Shown: one piece after another, positions 27,843 through 37,096 of the stretch | How the letters are laid out: the number at the start of each line of letters is the position of its first letter | How positions within the stretch are numbered: the stretch's first letter is position 1 | NCBI GenBank assembly: GCA_003142935.1 | Contig: PLOG01000085.1 | Location: 59,613 to 122,638 of the forward strand | Origin: Acidobacteriaceae bacterium | GTDB lineage: Bacteria > Acidobacteriota > Terriglobia > Terriglobales > Acidobacteriaceae | Direction: 5' to 3' | DNA length: 63,026 nt | Program-made: the position numbers and the translations under genes | Notes under the pieces: model-generated | What the model was told of the DNA's origin: nothing | Seen by the model: only the letters and a program-made list of their open reading frames with translations | Database searches by the model: none

Positions 27843-30167
27843 ATGCTGCCGAACATGAGTATCAGGGGAAACCTGGGATGCGCGATCCTGCTCGTCCTCG
27901 CCACGCTTGCCTGCTCCGCGCAAAAGCCGGACAGCAACACATGGAAGGTGATCGGTCCGGGCGGTGGCGGCACCACGATCGGCCCCACGATCAGCCCTCA
28001 CGATTCCAGCCTTGTGGTGGAGCACTGCGACATGACCGGCGGCTACGTCACGCGCGACAACGGCGAGTCCTGGAGGATGTTCAACCTCCGCGGCGGCATC
28101 AACGTCCTGGCCTTCGATCCTTCAGACCCTGAGGCGATCTATGCGGGCAATGCCGGGCTGTGGCGAAGCGGCGACGGCGGCAGAAGCTGGAAGATGCTCT
28201 TTCCGAGCCCGGTCCGCAACACCGTCGAACATCAGATTGGCGACCACTCTGACTATGCACTCACCAGCAGCGATCCCGCCTATCCCGGCGGGGATGTTTC
28301 TGCCATCGCCATCGCTCCACCAACAGGCGGGAATGGCCAGGAGCACTTTTATCTCTCCTTTGAGCAGAGAGGCCAGCCCACTGTGATTGTTTCCTCGCTG
28401 GACGGCGGCGCAAACTGGAAGCGCCTGGCGAGCCTACCCGAGCGCGTCCTGCTGCTCATCCCACAGGGCTCCGGCCTAATCGCAGTCTCCGGCTCCGCTG
28501 CCTATCGCATCGGCGCCGATGGCAAGATCACGGAACTCGACGCGATCCCGACCGGCATCAGGGCGGCCAGTGCGGCGCGATCTGGCGACTCGGTGGGGGG
28601 CGACGCAGTGTGGATCTATGCAACCAGCCATGACGGAAGGGCCTATCTCTCACCTGATTCCGGCCAACACTGGCGTCCGGTTACGCCCGCGCTGCAACAA
28701 TCCTCGGGGCGTTTTGAAGCCATCGCCGCCAGCGATCGCCATCCTGAGGTTGCGTATGCCGGCTTCAGGGGCCTTCAAATCGGCGAGGGCAAGGAAAATC
28801 TTTATAACGGCATCGCAAAGACGATGGACGGCGGCCAGAACTGGAAGATCGTCTTCAAGGAATCGATCCATCCCGCGGCCAACCTGAGCGGAACATGGAT
28901 TGAGCAGCGCGCCCAGCAGGAAAGCAGCGACATCTGGTTTGACACGCCCTACAGCCTGGGCGTAGCGCCCGCCAACCCCGACGTGGCTTACGCGACCGAT
29001 CTCTTCCGCACTTATCGCACCCTCGACGGCGGCGCAACCTGGCAGGAGATGAATTCCAGGCAAGCAGGAAGCGGTTGGACCTCGCGCGGCCTGGATGTAA
29101 CCACCAACTATGGAATCCAGTTCGACCCCTTCGATTCCCGGCACATCTATATGGACAACACCGACATGGGCCTGTTTCAGAGCACCGACGGGGGCCAATC
29201 CTGGTTGAGCAGCACCGAAGGCATTCCCTCAAACTGGCGCAATACAACCTATTGGCTGGCCTTCGATCCCGTTCAGCACGGCCTGATCTGGGGTGCCTTC
29301 AGCGGCGCGCACGATCTTCCCCGGCCCAAGATGTGGCGCAACCGCAGCCCACAGACCTTCACCGGCGGTGTCGCCGTCTCAAGCGACGGCGGCAACCACT
29401 GGCAGCCAAGCAATGCGGGCATCCCCTCGGACTCCATCACTCATATCCTGCTCGATCCGGCAAGCCCTGTCGGCAGTCGTACCCTGTACGCATGCGCCTT
29501 CGGCCGCGGCGTCTACAAGTCCACTGACAACGGCCATAGTTGGACGCAAAAGAACAACGGCATCGAAGGCAAAGAACCGTTCGCCTGGCGCATCACCGCG
29601 TCTCGGGACGGCTCCCTGTATCTTGTCGTCGCACGCCGCAGCGAGCGCCAAGACTCTTCAGCGGCCGGCGCCGGAGCCCTTTATCGCTCTAGGGACATGG
29701 CTGAACACTGGCAGCGCATGGATATGCCTGCCGGTGTTACGGGTCCGACCGGCCTCGAGATCGACACTCGCAATCCGCAGCGGCTTTACCTCACGGCATG
29801 GGGGCAGGAGGGCGAAAGCGCGGACCGAAACGGCGGCGTCTACGCCTCGGACGACGGCGGCAAGACGTGGCGGGCCCTGTTCACCGAATCGCAGCACGTC
29901 TACGACCTGACCATCGATCCCCTCCATCCCGATACGATTTACATCTGCGGTTTTGACGCCGCGGCCTACCGCTCCACGGACCGCGGCGCTCATTGGACCC
30001 GCATCCAGGGCTACGACTTCAAGTGGGGGCACCGCATTATTCTCGATCCCAACAACCCCGGCCAGATCTACATCACAACATACGGCGGCGGAGTGTGGCA
30101 TGGCCCCGCCACAGGCGCCGCGAACCCGCCCGAGGCGGACCAAAGCCGCGTTCCCATCGCACACTGA
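27843..30167 (+). CDS. Exported BNR/Asp-box beta-propeller protein (GH74/sialidase-like fold)
   Basis: Signal peptide, WKVIGPGGGG, and many Asp-boxes (TRDNGESW, SGDGGRSW, SLDGGANW, STDGGQSW, SDDGGKTW). Confidence 0.8.
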   Translation: MLPNMSIRGNLGCAILLVLATLACSAQKPDSNTWKVIGPGGGGTTIGPTISPHDSSLVVEHCDMTGGYVTRDNGESWRMFNLRGGINVLAFDPSDPEAIYAGNAGLWRSGDGGRSWKMLFPSPVRNTVEHQIGDHSDYALTSSDPAYPGGDVSAIAIAPPTGGNGQEHFYLSFEQRGQPTVIVSSLDGGANWKRLASLPERVLLLIPQGSGLIAVSGSAAYRIGADGKITELDAIPTGIRAASAARSGDSVGGDAVWIYATSHDGRAYLSPDSGQHWRPVTPALQQSSGRFEAIAASDRHPEVAYAGFRGLQIGEGKENLYNGIAKTMDGGQNWKIVFKESIHPAANLSGTWIEQRAQQESSDIWFDTPYSLGVAPANPDVAYATDLFRTYRTLDGGATWQEMNSRQAGSGWTSRGLDVTTNYGIQFDPFDSRHIYMDNTDMGLFQSTDGGQSWLSSTEGIPSNWRNTTYWLAFDPVQHGLIWGAFSGAHDLPRPKMWRNRSPQTFTGGVAVSSDGGNHWQPSNAGIPSDSITHILLDPASPVGSRTLYACAFGRGVYKSTDNGHSWTQKNNGIEGKEPFAWRITASRDGSLYLVVARRSERQDSSAAGAGALYRSRDMAEHWQRMDMPAGVTGPTGLEIDTRNPQRLYLTAWGQEGESADRNGGVYASDDGGKTWRALFTESQHVYDLTIDPLHPDTIYICGFDAAAYRSTDRGAHWTRIQGYDFKWGHRIILDPNNPGQIYITTYGGGVWHGPATGAANPPEADQSRVPIAH

Positions 30168-30396
30168 GCCGGCCCGCATCAGGCGAAGCGCGGCTGCCTG
30201 ACCTCATCGGCCACGGCTTATAACTGGGTGTGCGGTGCATAGTCGCTGAGGCGGAGATCGGCTTCAACTTTGGCGCTGGTCATGGCGGCAAATTTGTCGT
30301 CGTGGTTTGCATCCTCCCAACCCGTGCTTACTCTGCAATTCCGCGAAAGGACTCGGTGGAGCAAATATAAGCCACGATTGTTGCTTATACGACTGT

Positions 30397-30420
30397 GAGA
30401 TTTCGTTTTATTTCGTATTA
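30397..30420. promoter_or_regulatory. Candidate AgaR-type operator
   Basis: GAGATTTCGTTTTATTTCGTATTA: two TTTCG units 10 bp apart, close to the E. coli AgaR consensus. Confidence 0.5.
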
Positions 30421-30513
30421 GTGCACAATTCGCTGACTATAGGACTCATGCGAAGACCGCGCCAGGTCGAGAATGACGCTGAATCGGTTTTCCGCCGCGG
30501 TAGTGTACCTGCT

Positions 30514-31305
30514 CTAGACGCGAATCACTTCGATACCCGCCGAGGTCAGCGCTTCCAAATCCTTATCGCTCATCTGGTCGTCGGTGATGACCGTGTGGAT
30601 GGATTTGGTCGGCACAATGAGCGCCAAGCTGCGGTGAATGAATTTGGTGGAGTCGCAGACGGCTACTACGCGCGTAGCCGCCTTGATCATTGCACGGTTC
30701 ACGCGTGACTCCAGGACATTGGGTGTCATAGGACCGGCTTTTATATCGAATCCGTCCACACCGAGAAAAAGAATGTCGGCATGCATCTCGCTCAACACTT
30801 CCTCGGCCAGGGGCCCCACCAGCGAGAACGAGTTCTTGCGCAGCGTTCCGCCGGTCAGAATGACTTCAAAATCCGTTCCCGCCAACTCGGTGGCGATGTT
30901 CACGGCATTGGTGATGACTGTAAGGCGTGAAAAGCGGCGCAGTTCGCGGGCAATAGCCGTGGTGGTTGTTCCGGAGTCCAGCAAAATGCAGTGCCCTTCT
31001 TCAACAAGAGAAGCAGCCGCTTTGGCTATGCGCAGTTTCTCCTTGAGCTGTTTCTGCTCCTTCTCTTGCAAAGAGGGATCGCGCAGCGTGCTCTCGTGCG
31101 GACAGAGTGCTCCACCATGGGTGCGCTGCACCAATCCCTTGGATTCGAGGTAGTCGAGGTCCTTGCGGATCGTAATGCGAGAGATGCCCAGCACATCGGA
31201 AATCTCCGAAACCAGAACGCGCCCGTCGCGCTGGATCAGGTTGAGCAAATGGTTGCGCCGCTCCTGGATGAGCATATCGCTTCCGCTCTTTATGTTGGCT
31301 TTCAT
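30514..31305 (-). CDS. DeoR/GlpR-family transcriptional regulator (AgaR-like)
   Basis: ERRNHLL...ISRITIRKDL HTH, RTHGGA, LDSGTTT, VITNAVN and DSTKF motifs; lies downstream of the SIS gene. Confidence 0.9.
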   Translation of the reverse strand: MKANIKSGSDMLIQERRNHLLNLIQRDGRVLVSEISDVLGISRITIRKDLDYLESKGLVQRTHGGALCPHESTLRDPSLQEKEQKQLKEKLRIAKAAASLVEEGHCILLDSGTTTTAIARELRRFSRLTVITNAVNIATELAGTDFEVILTGGTLRKNSFSLVGPLAEEVLSEMHADILFLGVDGFDIKAGPMTPNVLESRVNRAMIKAATRVVAVCDSTKFIHRSLALIVPTKSIHTVITDDQMSDKDLEALTSAGIEVIRV

Positions 31306-31429
31306 ATCTTCTATCCTGAATCTTGTGAATTTCTCCTTATCTTACCTGTTTGCAATGGTGGCAGCGGACAAAACTGCGAGTCAAGACGACCAACCGTATG
31401 AGCCAAGCCAACAGCCTGGCTCGGGCACC

Positions 31430-31585
31430 CTCCAGCGCGTCGTCCCCAAGCCAGGTGATGAAACCGGCTTAGACACCGAGCGCAGCGAGGTTGTGCGCGA
31501 GAATTGCCGAGGAACTGCCCAGTGTCAACCGAAAATTGTCGGCCGGCAACACGCCTGCAATCGTCGGATCGAAACGCTTTTCCAG
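31430..31585 (-). pseudogene. Remnant of a PfkB-family sugar kinase
   Basis: Minus frame from 31585 reads LEKRFDPTIAGVLPADNFRLTLGSSSAILAHNLAALGV*AGFITWLGDDAL. This is PfkB signature 1 with an in-frame TAA at 31469-31471. Confidence 0.75.
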
Positions 31586-31591
31586 GTTAGC

Positions 31592-32659
31592 CTAATCCAC
31601 GAGTGTAACAACACGGCTAAGATGACGAGGTGAGTCGGGATTAAGACCCTTCCGCAATCCAAGACAGCAGCCCAGCAACTGCCCCCACACAACGTAGACA
31701 ACCAGGCGAGCCAGTTCAGGCACAGCCAGCGCAAGTTCAATGGCCAGGTCGGCAGAGTTCTCGATTTCGGACGAGAGCCGATTCCCTATGGCCAGGGTGC
31801 ATCCCCCGAGACTCTTCATCTCCATCAATACCGCGCTCTCTTCCGCGTAGCCGGTTTCGGAGAGCAACGCCCCTACCAGAACCTTTTTCGACACAATGGA
31901 CATGGGCCCATGCCGAAACTCCAGCGTATGAAAGAATTGCGCATAGCTCGACGAAGACTCCATGATCTTAAGCGCGGTTTCGGACGCTATCGGGTAGAGC
32001 GGGCCCTGACCGAGAAATGCCACGTCATCAAACGACCGTTGCGCCAATTCCTCGATCCCTGGAGTATAAATGCGGAGTAGTTTTGCCAGGGAATCTGGAA
32101 GCAAGTGCAGTGCGTTCACAAACTCATCCTGTCTGGCGAAGCGCGCTGCGATATATTGAAGCGCCATCAGCATGGAGGTGAACGAAGAAGTCATCACGGT
32201 GCTCTCCTCCGTGACCGGCAATTTTAGCAATCGGGTGCTGAGTTCGGTCAGTTCGTTGCCATCGCAGGTGACTGCCAAGAACTCCACGCCTCGCAGCCTC
32301 AGGAATTCGGCCACCTGCAAGACCTCGGACGTATGCCCTGAACGGGAGATCAGAACGGGAAAGTACGCGGCCTCATCGCTCGGAAAAATCAACTTGGGAA
32401 AAAGGAGTACTTCAGAGGCCGGCACCGCCCGAGCCGGCGAGCGGGTCAATGCCGTGAATGTTGCCGCAGCGGCCTGTGACAGATAGTAGCTCGTACCGCA
32501 GCCTACGAAGATCCACTCGTGCGTAAGTGGGTCTTTGTTGCCGAACAGACTCTTCAAATCGAGTTTGTCTAATGTATCCAGGCACCGGCTCCAAACCTCG
32601 GGCTGGCTATGAATCTCGCGCAATGTAGCTGCTCCGCTTTCCATCTTGCCTATCTCCAA
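31592..32659 (-). CDS. SIS-domain sugar-phosphate isomerase/deaminase (AgaS-like)
   Basis: REIHSQPEVW, FVGCGTSYY, ISRSGHTSE, ALKIME, EFRHGP and NPDSPRHLSRVV motifs. Confidence 0.85.
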   Translation of the reverse strand: MEIGKMESGAATLREIHSQPEVWSRCLDTLDKLDLKSLFGNKDPLTHEWIFVGCGTSYYLSQAAAATFTALTRSPARAVPASEVLLFPKLIFPSDEAAYFPVLISRSGHTSEVLQVAEFLRLRGVEFLAVTCDGNELTELSTRLLKLPVTEESTVMTSSFTSMLMALQYIAARFARQDEFVNALHLLPDSLAKLLRIYTPGIEELAQRSFDDVAFLGQGPLYPIASETALKIMESSSSYAQFFHTLEFRHGPMSIVSKKVLVGALLSETGYAEESAVLMEMKSLGGCTLAIGNRLSSEIENSADLAIELALAVPELARLVVYVVWGQLLGCCLGLRKGLNPDSPRHLSRVVTLVD

Positions 32660-32762
32660 TGGTTAGCGTTGTTCTTGGGCGGTCGCAGAGAGAATAAACA
32701 CCTGGAGTTCTGCGATCTTCCGCCTTGGCCTTCATTCACCCCGCCCAGGAATCCGTTAACAA

Positions 32763-32841
32763 ATGAAATATTAGCATATAAAGCGAAATCAATAGCGACA
32801 TAAAATTTATGAAATATGCTAAGATGCTTCCAAATCGAAAT
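32763..32841. promoter_or_regulatory. AT-rich divergent promoter region with four YGAAAT units
   Basis: YGAAAT at 32764, 32784, 32810 and 32836 (TTTCR on the minus strand); ATGAAATAT repeated at 32763 and 32809. Confidence 0.45.
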
Positions 32842-33220
32842 CCACCTGCGGGCCGCCTCAGGGAAGACAGTTTTGGTCGAGGGATTCTTTGTGCACATCA
32901 GCTCCCCCTGAAGCGATTCTGAATCGATCCTGACTGAGAGTTGCAGCTCGTGCCCAGTTGTGCTGAATTCCGGCACAAAGGGCTCAAAAGCAGGAGTGTC
33001 AGGGAGGAGAATTGAAATCAGACCTTCCCAAGAACTCTGCCGCCAGAGCGGATCGCGTGGAATCCCGCGGTGGCTCCATGGGCCGAATCTCGGGGACTGT
33101 GCGCTGGAAAGCCGGCACAGATAGGCTTCATTGCCGGGCTTGTTCGCAACACTTCTTTTGGGACTGACGAGCTGGATAGCCGGTTTGCGGCCGAATTCCA
33201 TTGAAAGGAAATTATTCGAA

Positions 33221-35731
33221 ATGAAATCGGCGCACTTAATATTTCCATCGATGATTATGCTTGCTTCGCAAACTCTGTGGCTTGCGAGTGGAGCGCGCGG
33301 ACAGTCCGCGCCCTCTATCCCTGGCTTGATCAGGGGAGGCAATCTCGCCATCGAAGCATTTGACGACGGCTTCTACGCCTTGCGGTCCACGGCAATTCCC
33401 GGAGATGTACTGCGCTCGGAGGTAGAAGCCGATTCCCCGGGCGGAACCCTTCGCTCCTCGCTTTATCCTCGCCATCTGAAAGCGATTTTGCCCTTTGACG
33501 GCGAGTTGGGACCTGGCCATCTGTTGACGGTTACGCATACCGGGTTACCCGGTAAACCCGATCTGGTCTGCGAGTTTCGCGTATATGAGAACCAGCCTTG
33601 GGGTGAGATCCGGGTAAGCGTGAACAACACAACTGCCGGGTCCATTGAGTTGAATGCCATCCATGTGGTCAAGAGCGATGCGGGTCCTATCGTGCAACTG
33701 AAAGGTCCTGCCTCGGCGGATCGCATTCTCTCCGACAGCTACCAGGAAGATACGCCTCAGATGAGGCTGATGGATCTCGCCGAGGCCGACCACGGCCTGC
33801 ACCGGGGGTTTGAAGACCAGCTCATCTATAACCGGCAGAGTGGGCTTAGCCTGTTCTTGGGAGCGTTGTCCGCCGACAGGTTTGTTACCGTTCTGCATCT
33901 TCGCAACTCAGAGGGACCCGATCCGCATCTGGTCTCCTACGACGCAACGGATACCGGAACCACCGAGCCGCTGGAGGACCAGAACAGGCCATACCCGCCG
34001 GCCAACGCCGTGGCGCTCCATCTGCGCGTGGCTGCCGGAGAGAGCGTCGGCTCGGAGCGGCTCATGGTCTCGATCGGCTCCGATTATCATGCGCAGCTCG
34101 AGACCTACGGCCGCGCAATTCGCACTCTCCACAAGCCGCGCGTCGATATGCCCGCCCCCATGGGCTGGTGGAGCTGGACGGCTTACTACTATCACGTAAC
34201 CGAAGATACGATGCTTACCAATGCCGCGTGGCTCAAGCAGAATCTTGCGTCGCTGGGGTATCGGTACTTTTTTGTGGATGAGGGGTACCAATACACGCGC
34301 GGGGAGTACGCTACCGCGGATGCCAAGGAATTTCCCCGGGGCATGGCCCCTGTCTGCCATCAGATTGAAAATCAGGGACTCACGTTCGGGCTGTGGGTTG
34401 CGCCGTTTCAGGTGTCGGAGCGTTCGTGGGTATATGAGCACCATCCTGAGTGGCTGGTGCGCAACCTGGCCGGGGAGCCGATTCATATCGGCAAGGTCGG
34501 CGGGCGATTCGATCAGCTCTATGCCCTGGATACAACCAATCCCGGCGCGCAGGAGTATCTGCGGTCCACTTATCGCACGTTGGTCAACGACTGGGGCGTG
34601 CGCCTGATCAAATTGGACTTTATGGATTCGACCGCGGTGGAGGGAGTTTACTACCGGCCCAATACGACGGCGTTCGAGGCGCTGCGCATCGGTTTGAAGA
34701 TCATTCGCGGGGCTGTCGGCGACGACGTGATTCTCGACAAGGACGGCAGTCCGATGCTGCCGCCGGTGGGGATCGTGAATGCCGGGCGCCTCTCGCAGGA
34801 TACCGGGCACACCTTTGAATCCACCTACGACGCTGCCATGGGCATGGCCGCCCGGTACTATATGCACCGCGAGTTCTACGTCTCGGACCCGGATGCGTTT
34901 ACCGTCTCGACGCAGGTGATTCCGGACCGGGGATGGCATGGCAACAAGCGCCCGCTCACGCTGGACGAGGCGGAGGCTTCGATCGCGGTTTCGGCAGTCT
35001 CAGGAGGCATGTTCGAGATAGGCGATGACCTGCCCGCGCTGGGCGTCTCGCCGGATCGCATGGCCCTGGTCAGGAATGCGGACCTGCTGGACATGGTCAA
35101 GCTGAGCCGCGCCTCAGTGCCCCTGGACCTGATGACATTCCGGAAGGAAGACAAGCAGCCGAGTATCTTCCTGCTGAAGGAAGACCCGCGGCAACAGATT
35201 CTCACTGTTTTCAACTGGACCGGGGAGACGCGCAGCCGCACTATCGGGCTGGATTCCCTGGGGCTCAGGGCGAACGGATCGTACACGGCGACCGATGTGC
35301 TGCGTGGCGGCGTCGTGGCGATCGAAAACGGCACGCTCGCGTTCGCTCAGCAACCAACCTCCGTGCGCATGATCAAGCTGATCGATACATCCGTCCCGGA
35401 GCCGGCTCCTCTCTTCAATGTGCGCGCGCCGTCAACGGGAAAGGCCGGCGAACCGGTCGAGTTTCATGCGGCCGCGGCCAGCGACGATGCGCCGGTTCTT
35501 GGCTATCGCTGGGAGTTTGGCGACGGCGTGAGCGCGGACGGCGCCGGCGTTTCGCATGCCTATACGCAGCCTGGGCAATACACGGTGAAAGTTGAGTCCA
35601 CGGGGCTGAACGGACGCGTGGCGCGAAACACGCTGGGCATATCCGTCACGGGCATGGTGACCACGCTCTACGACCCCGCCGCGAAGGCACGATATAGCCC
35701 GGCAAAGCAGGACTCTGGAGGGATGCGATGA
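33221..35731 (+). CDS. Exported GH36-type alpha-galactosidase / alpha-N-acetylgalactosaminidase with a C-terminal PKD domain
   Basis: PMGWWSW, FFVDEGYQ, IKLDF nucleophile motif, SDPD and PKD YRWEFGDG. Start moved to the ATG at 33221 after GAAAGGA. Confidence 0.85.
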   Translation: MKSAHLIFPSMIMLASQTLWLASGARGQSAPSIPGLIRGGNLAIEAFDDGFYALRSTAIPGDVLRSEVEADSPGGTLRSSLYPRHLKAILPFDGELGPGHLLTVTHTGLPGKPDLVCEFRVYENQPWGEIRVSVNNTTAGSIELNAIHVVKSDAGPIVQLKGPASADRILSDSYQEDTPQMRLMDLAEADHGLHRGFEDQLIYNRQSGLSLFLGALSADRFVTVLHLRNSEGPDPHLVSYDATDTGTTEPLEDQNRPYPPANAVALHLRVAAGESVGSERLMVSIGSDYHAQLETYGRAIRTLHKPRVDMPAPMGWWSWTAYYYHVTEDTMLTNAAWLKQNLASLGYRYFFVDEGYQYTRGEYATADAKEFPRGMAPVCHQIENQGLTFGLWVAPFQVSERSWVYEHHPEWLVRNLAGEPIHIGKVGGRFDQLYALDTTNPGAQEYLRSTYRTLVNDWGVRLIKLDFMDSTAVEGVYYRPNTTAFEALRIGLKIIRGAVGDDVILDKDGSPMLPPVGIVNAGRLSQDTGHTFESTYDAAMGMAARYYMHREFYVSDPDAFTVSTQVIPDRGWHGNKRPLTLDEAEASIAVSAVSGGMFEIGDDLPALGVSPDRMALVRNADLLDMVKLSRASVPLDLMTFRKEDKQPSIFLLKEDPRQQILTVFNWTGETRSRTIGLDSLGLRANGSYTATDVLRGGVVAIENGTLAFAQQPTSVRMIKLIDTSVPEPAPLFNVRAPSTGKAGEPVEFHAAAASDDAPVLGYRWEFGDGVSADGAGVSHAYTQPGQYTVKVESTGLNGRVARNTLGISVTGMVTTLYDPAAKARYSPAKQDSGGMR

Positions 35732-36948
35732 ATCGCAGAAAATTCATGGCGCTGGGCGTCACTACACTCGGATTCGGCGCTGGCAAGATGGCATCGGCAG
35801 TCAGGCCGGCGGGAGCGCCTGGCACCGGGAATGACGACCGGGCACAAGAATCCGCGGGGCTGCCGCTGGAGGCGTACGAGCCGAAGAGCATGCTTCATTT
35901 GCCCAGCCACCCTGTTTCCGGTTCCCGCTTCCCCCTCATCGATTTTCATACCCACATCACCGAAGGTGATGCGCATGGAGCCCCCGGGGCAGTCCGCTTT
36001 GAAATCAGCCCCGAGACCTGCCTTGCGGTCATGGAGCGGAGAAACATAAAGACCATGGTCGACTTGACCGGGGGTTACGGAGAGGGTCTTCGCGATGCGA
36101 TTCACAAACTCCAGGATGCTCATCCCGGCCGGTTCATCGTGTTTACAGAGCCAGCGTGGGATAAGGCCTCGGACCCCGGCTATTCGCGCTTGCAGGCGGA
36201 ACTGATCGAAAGCGCGCACCGAAGCGGCGCAAAGGGCATCAAGGTTCTGAAGACTCTGGGCCTGTTTCTGCGCGAAAAGGGAACCGGCAAGCTGATCGCG
36301 ATCGACGACCCGCGATTCGATGAAATGTGGGAGGCAGCCGGAGCGCTCAACATGCCGGTCGCGATTCACATTTCCGACCCGGAAGCATTTTTCCTGCCCA
36401 TCGACCGCTTCAACGAGCGTTGGGAGGAACTTCACGCGCATCCCGACTGGTCGTTCCATGGGCGGGACTTTCCGAGTAACCTCGCCCTCCAGGAGGCGCG
36501 CCGCAGAGTGATGCGCCGTCATCCACGCACGCAGTTCGTTTGTCTCCATGTAGCCAACGCAGAGAATCTCAAGTATGTATCGGAGTGCCTGGACGAACAC
36601 CCGAATATGCACGTGGACATAGCTGCCCGTATCGCGGAGTTAGGCCGGCAGCCCCGCGCCGCGCGCAAGTTCTTCGACAGCTATCAGGATCGAATCGTGT
36701 TCGGCACCGATGCCAGCAGCAATGCAAACACCCCGCAACAGCTTTTCGGCGATAAACTCTACCAGATCTACTTCCGCTTTCTGGAAACCGAGGATGAGTA
36801 CTTCGACTACACGCCAGCGCAGAAGCCTGCGCAGGGCCGCTGGTGCATCTACGGCATTGGGCTGCCTGAGCCGATTCTTCGCAAGGTGTATTGGGAGAAC
36901 GCCGCCCGGCTGCTTGGCCTCCCGGCAAATCCTGGAGCGGCTGCATGA
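35728..36948 (+). CDS. Tat-exported amidohydrolase (Amidohydro_2 type)
   Basis: MNRRKFM Tat motif, IDFHTH, VAIHISDP, CLHVAN and FGTD motifs. Confidence 0.85.
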   Translation: MNRRKFMALGVTTLGFGAGKMASAVRPAGAPGTGNDDRAQESAGLPLEAYEPKSMLHLPSHPVSGSRFPLIDFHTHITEGDAHGAPGAVRFEISPETCLAVMERRNIKTMVDLTGGYGEGLRDAIHKLQDAHPGRFIVFTEPAWDKASDPGYSRLQAELIESAHRSGAKGIKVLKTLGLFLREKGTGKLIAIDDPRFDEMWEAAGALNMPVAIHISDPEAFFLPIDRFNERWEELHAHPDWSFHGRDFPSNLALQEARRRVMRRHPRTQFVCLHVANAENLKYVSECLDEHPNMHVDIAARIAELGRQPRAARKFFDSYQDRIVFGTDASSNANTPQQLFGDKLYQIYFRFLETEDEYFDYTPAQKPAQGRWCIYGIGLPEPILRKVYWENAARLLGLPANPGAAA

Positions 36949-36984
36949 TCCGCGCGTTTTAGAGCAGAACCAAGGAAAATGTAT

Positions 36985-37045
36985 CCCTCAGGGGCTAAAG
37001 CCCGCTCTCTTTGCTACTGCTAGCGGCACGGCTGAAGCCGTGCCC
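36985..37045. repeat. REP-like unit between convergent genes
   Basis: CCCTCAGGGGCTAAAGCCC (36985-37003) plus GGCACGGCTGAAGCCGTGCCC (37025-37045). Confidence 0.75.
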
Positions 37046-37096
37046 TTTCAAAGCGGGACATACCAACTCTAGCTTTGCCCTAGAATTCGATCTCTG

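Noticed and set aside
31469-31471. Recoding or readthrough of the stop in the PfkB-like frame
   Set aside because: The stop is TAA (not TGA/TAG), and the frame also has a deletion and lacks the C-terminal kinase motifs.
33012-33167. 51-codon TTG ORF behind a strong GGAGGAG, upstream of GH36
   Set aside because: No recognisable features or similarity that I can support; could be a remnant. Conservation data are needed.
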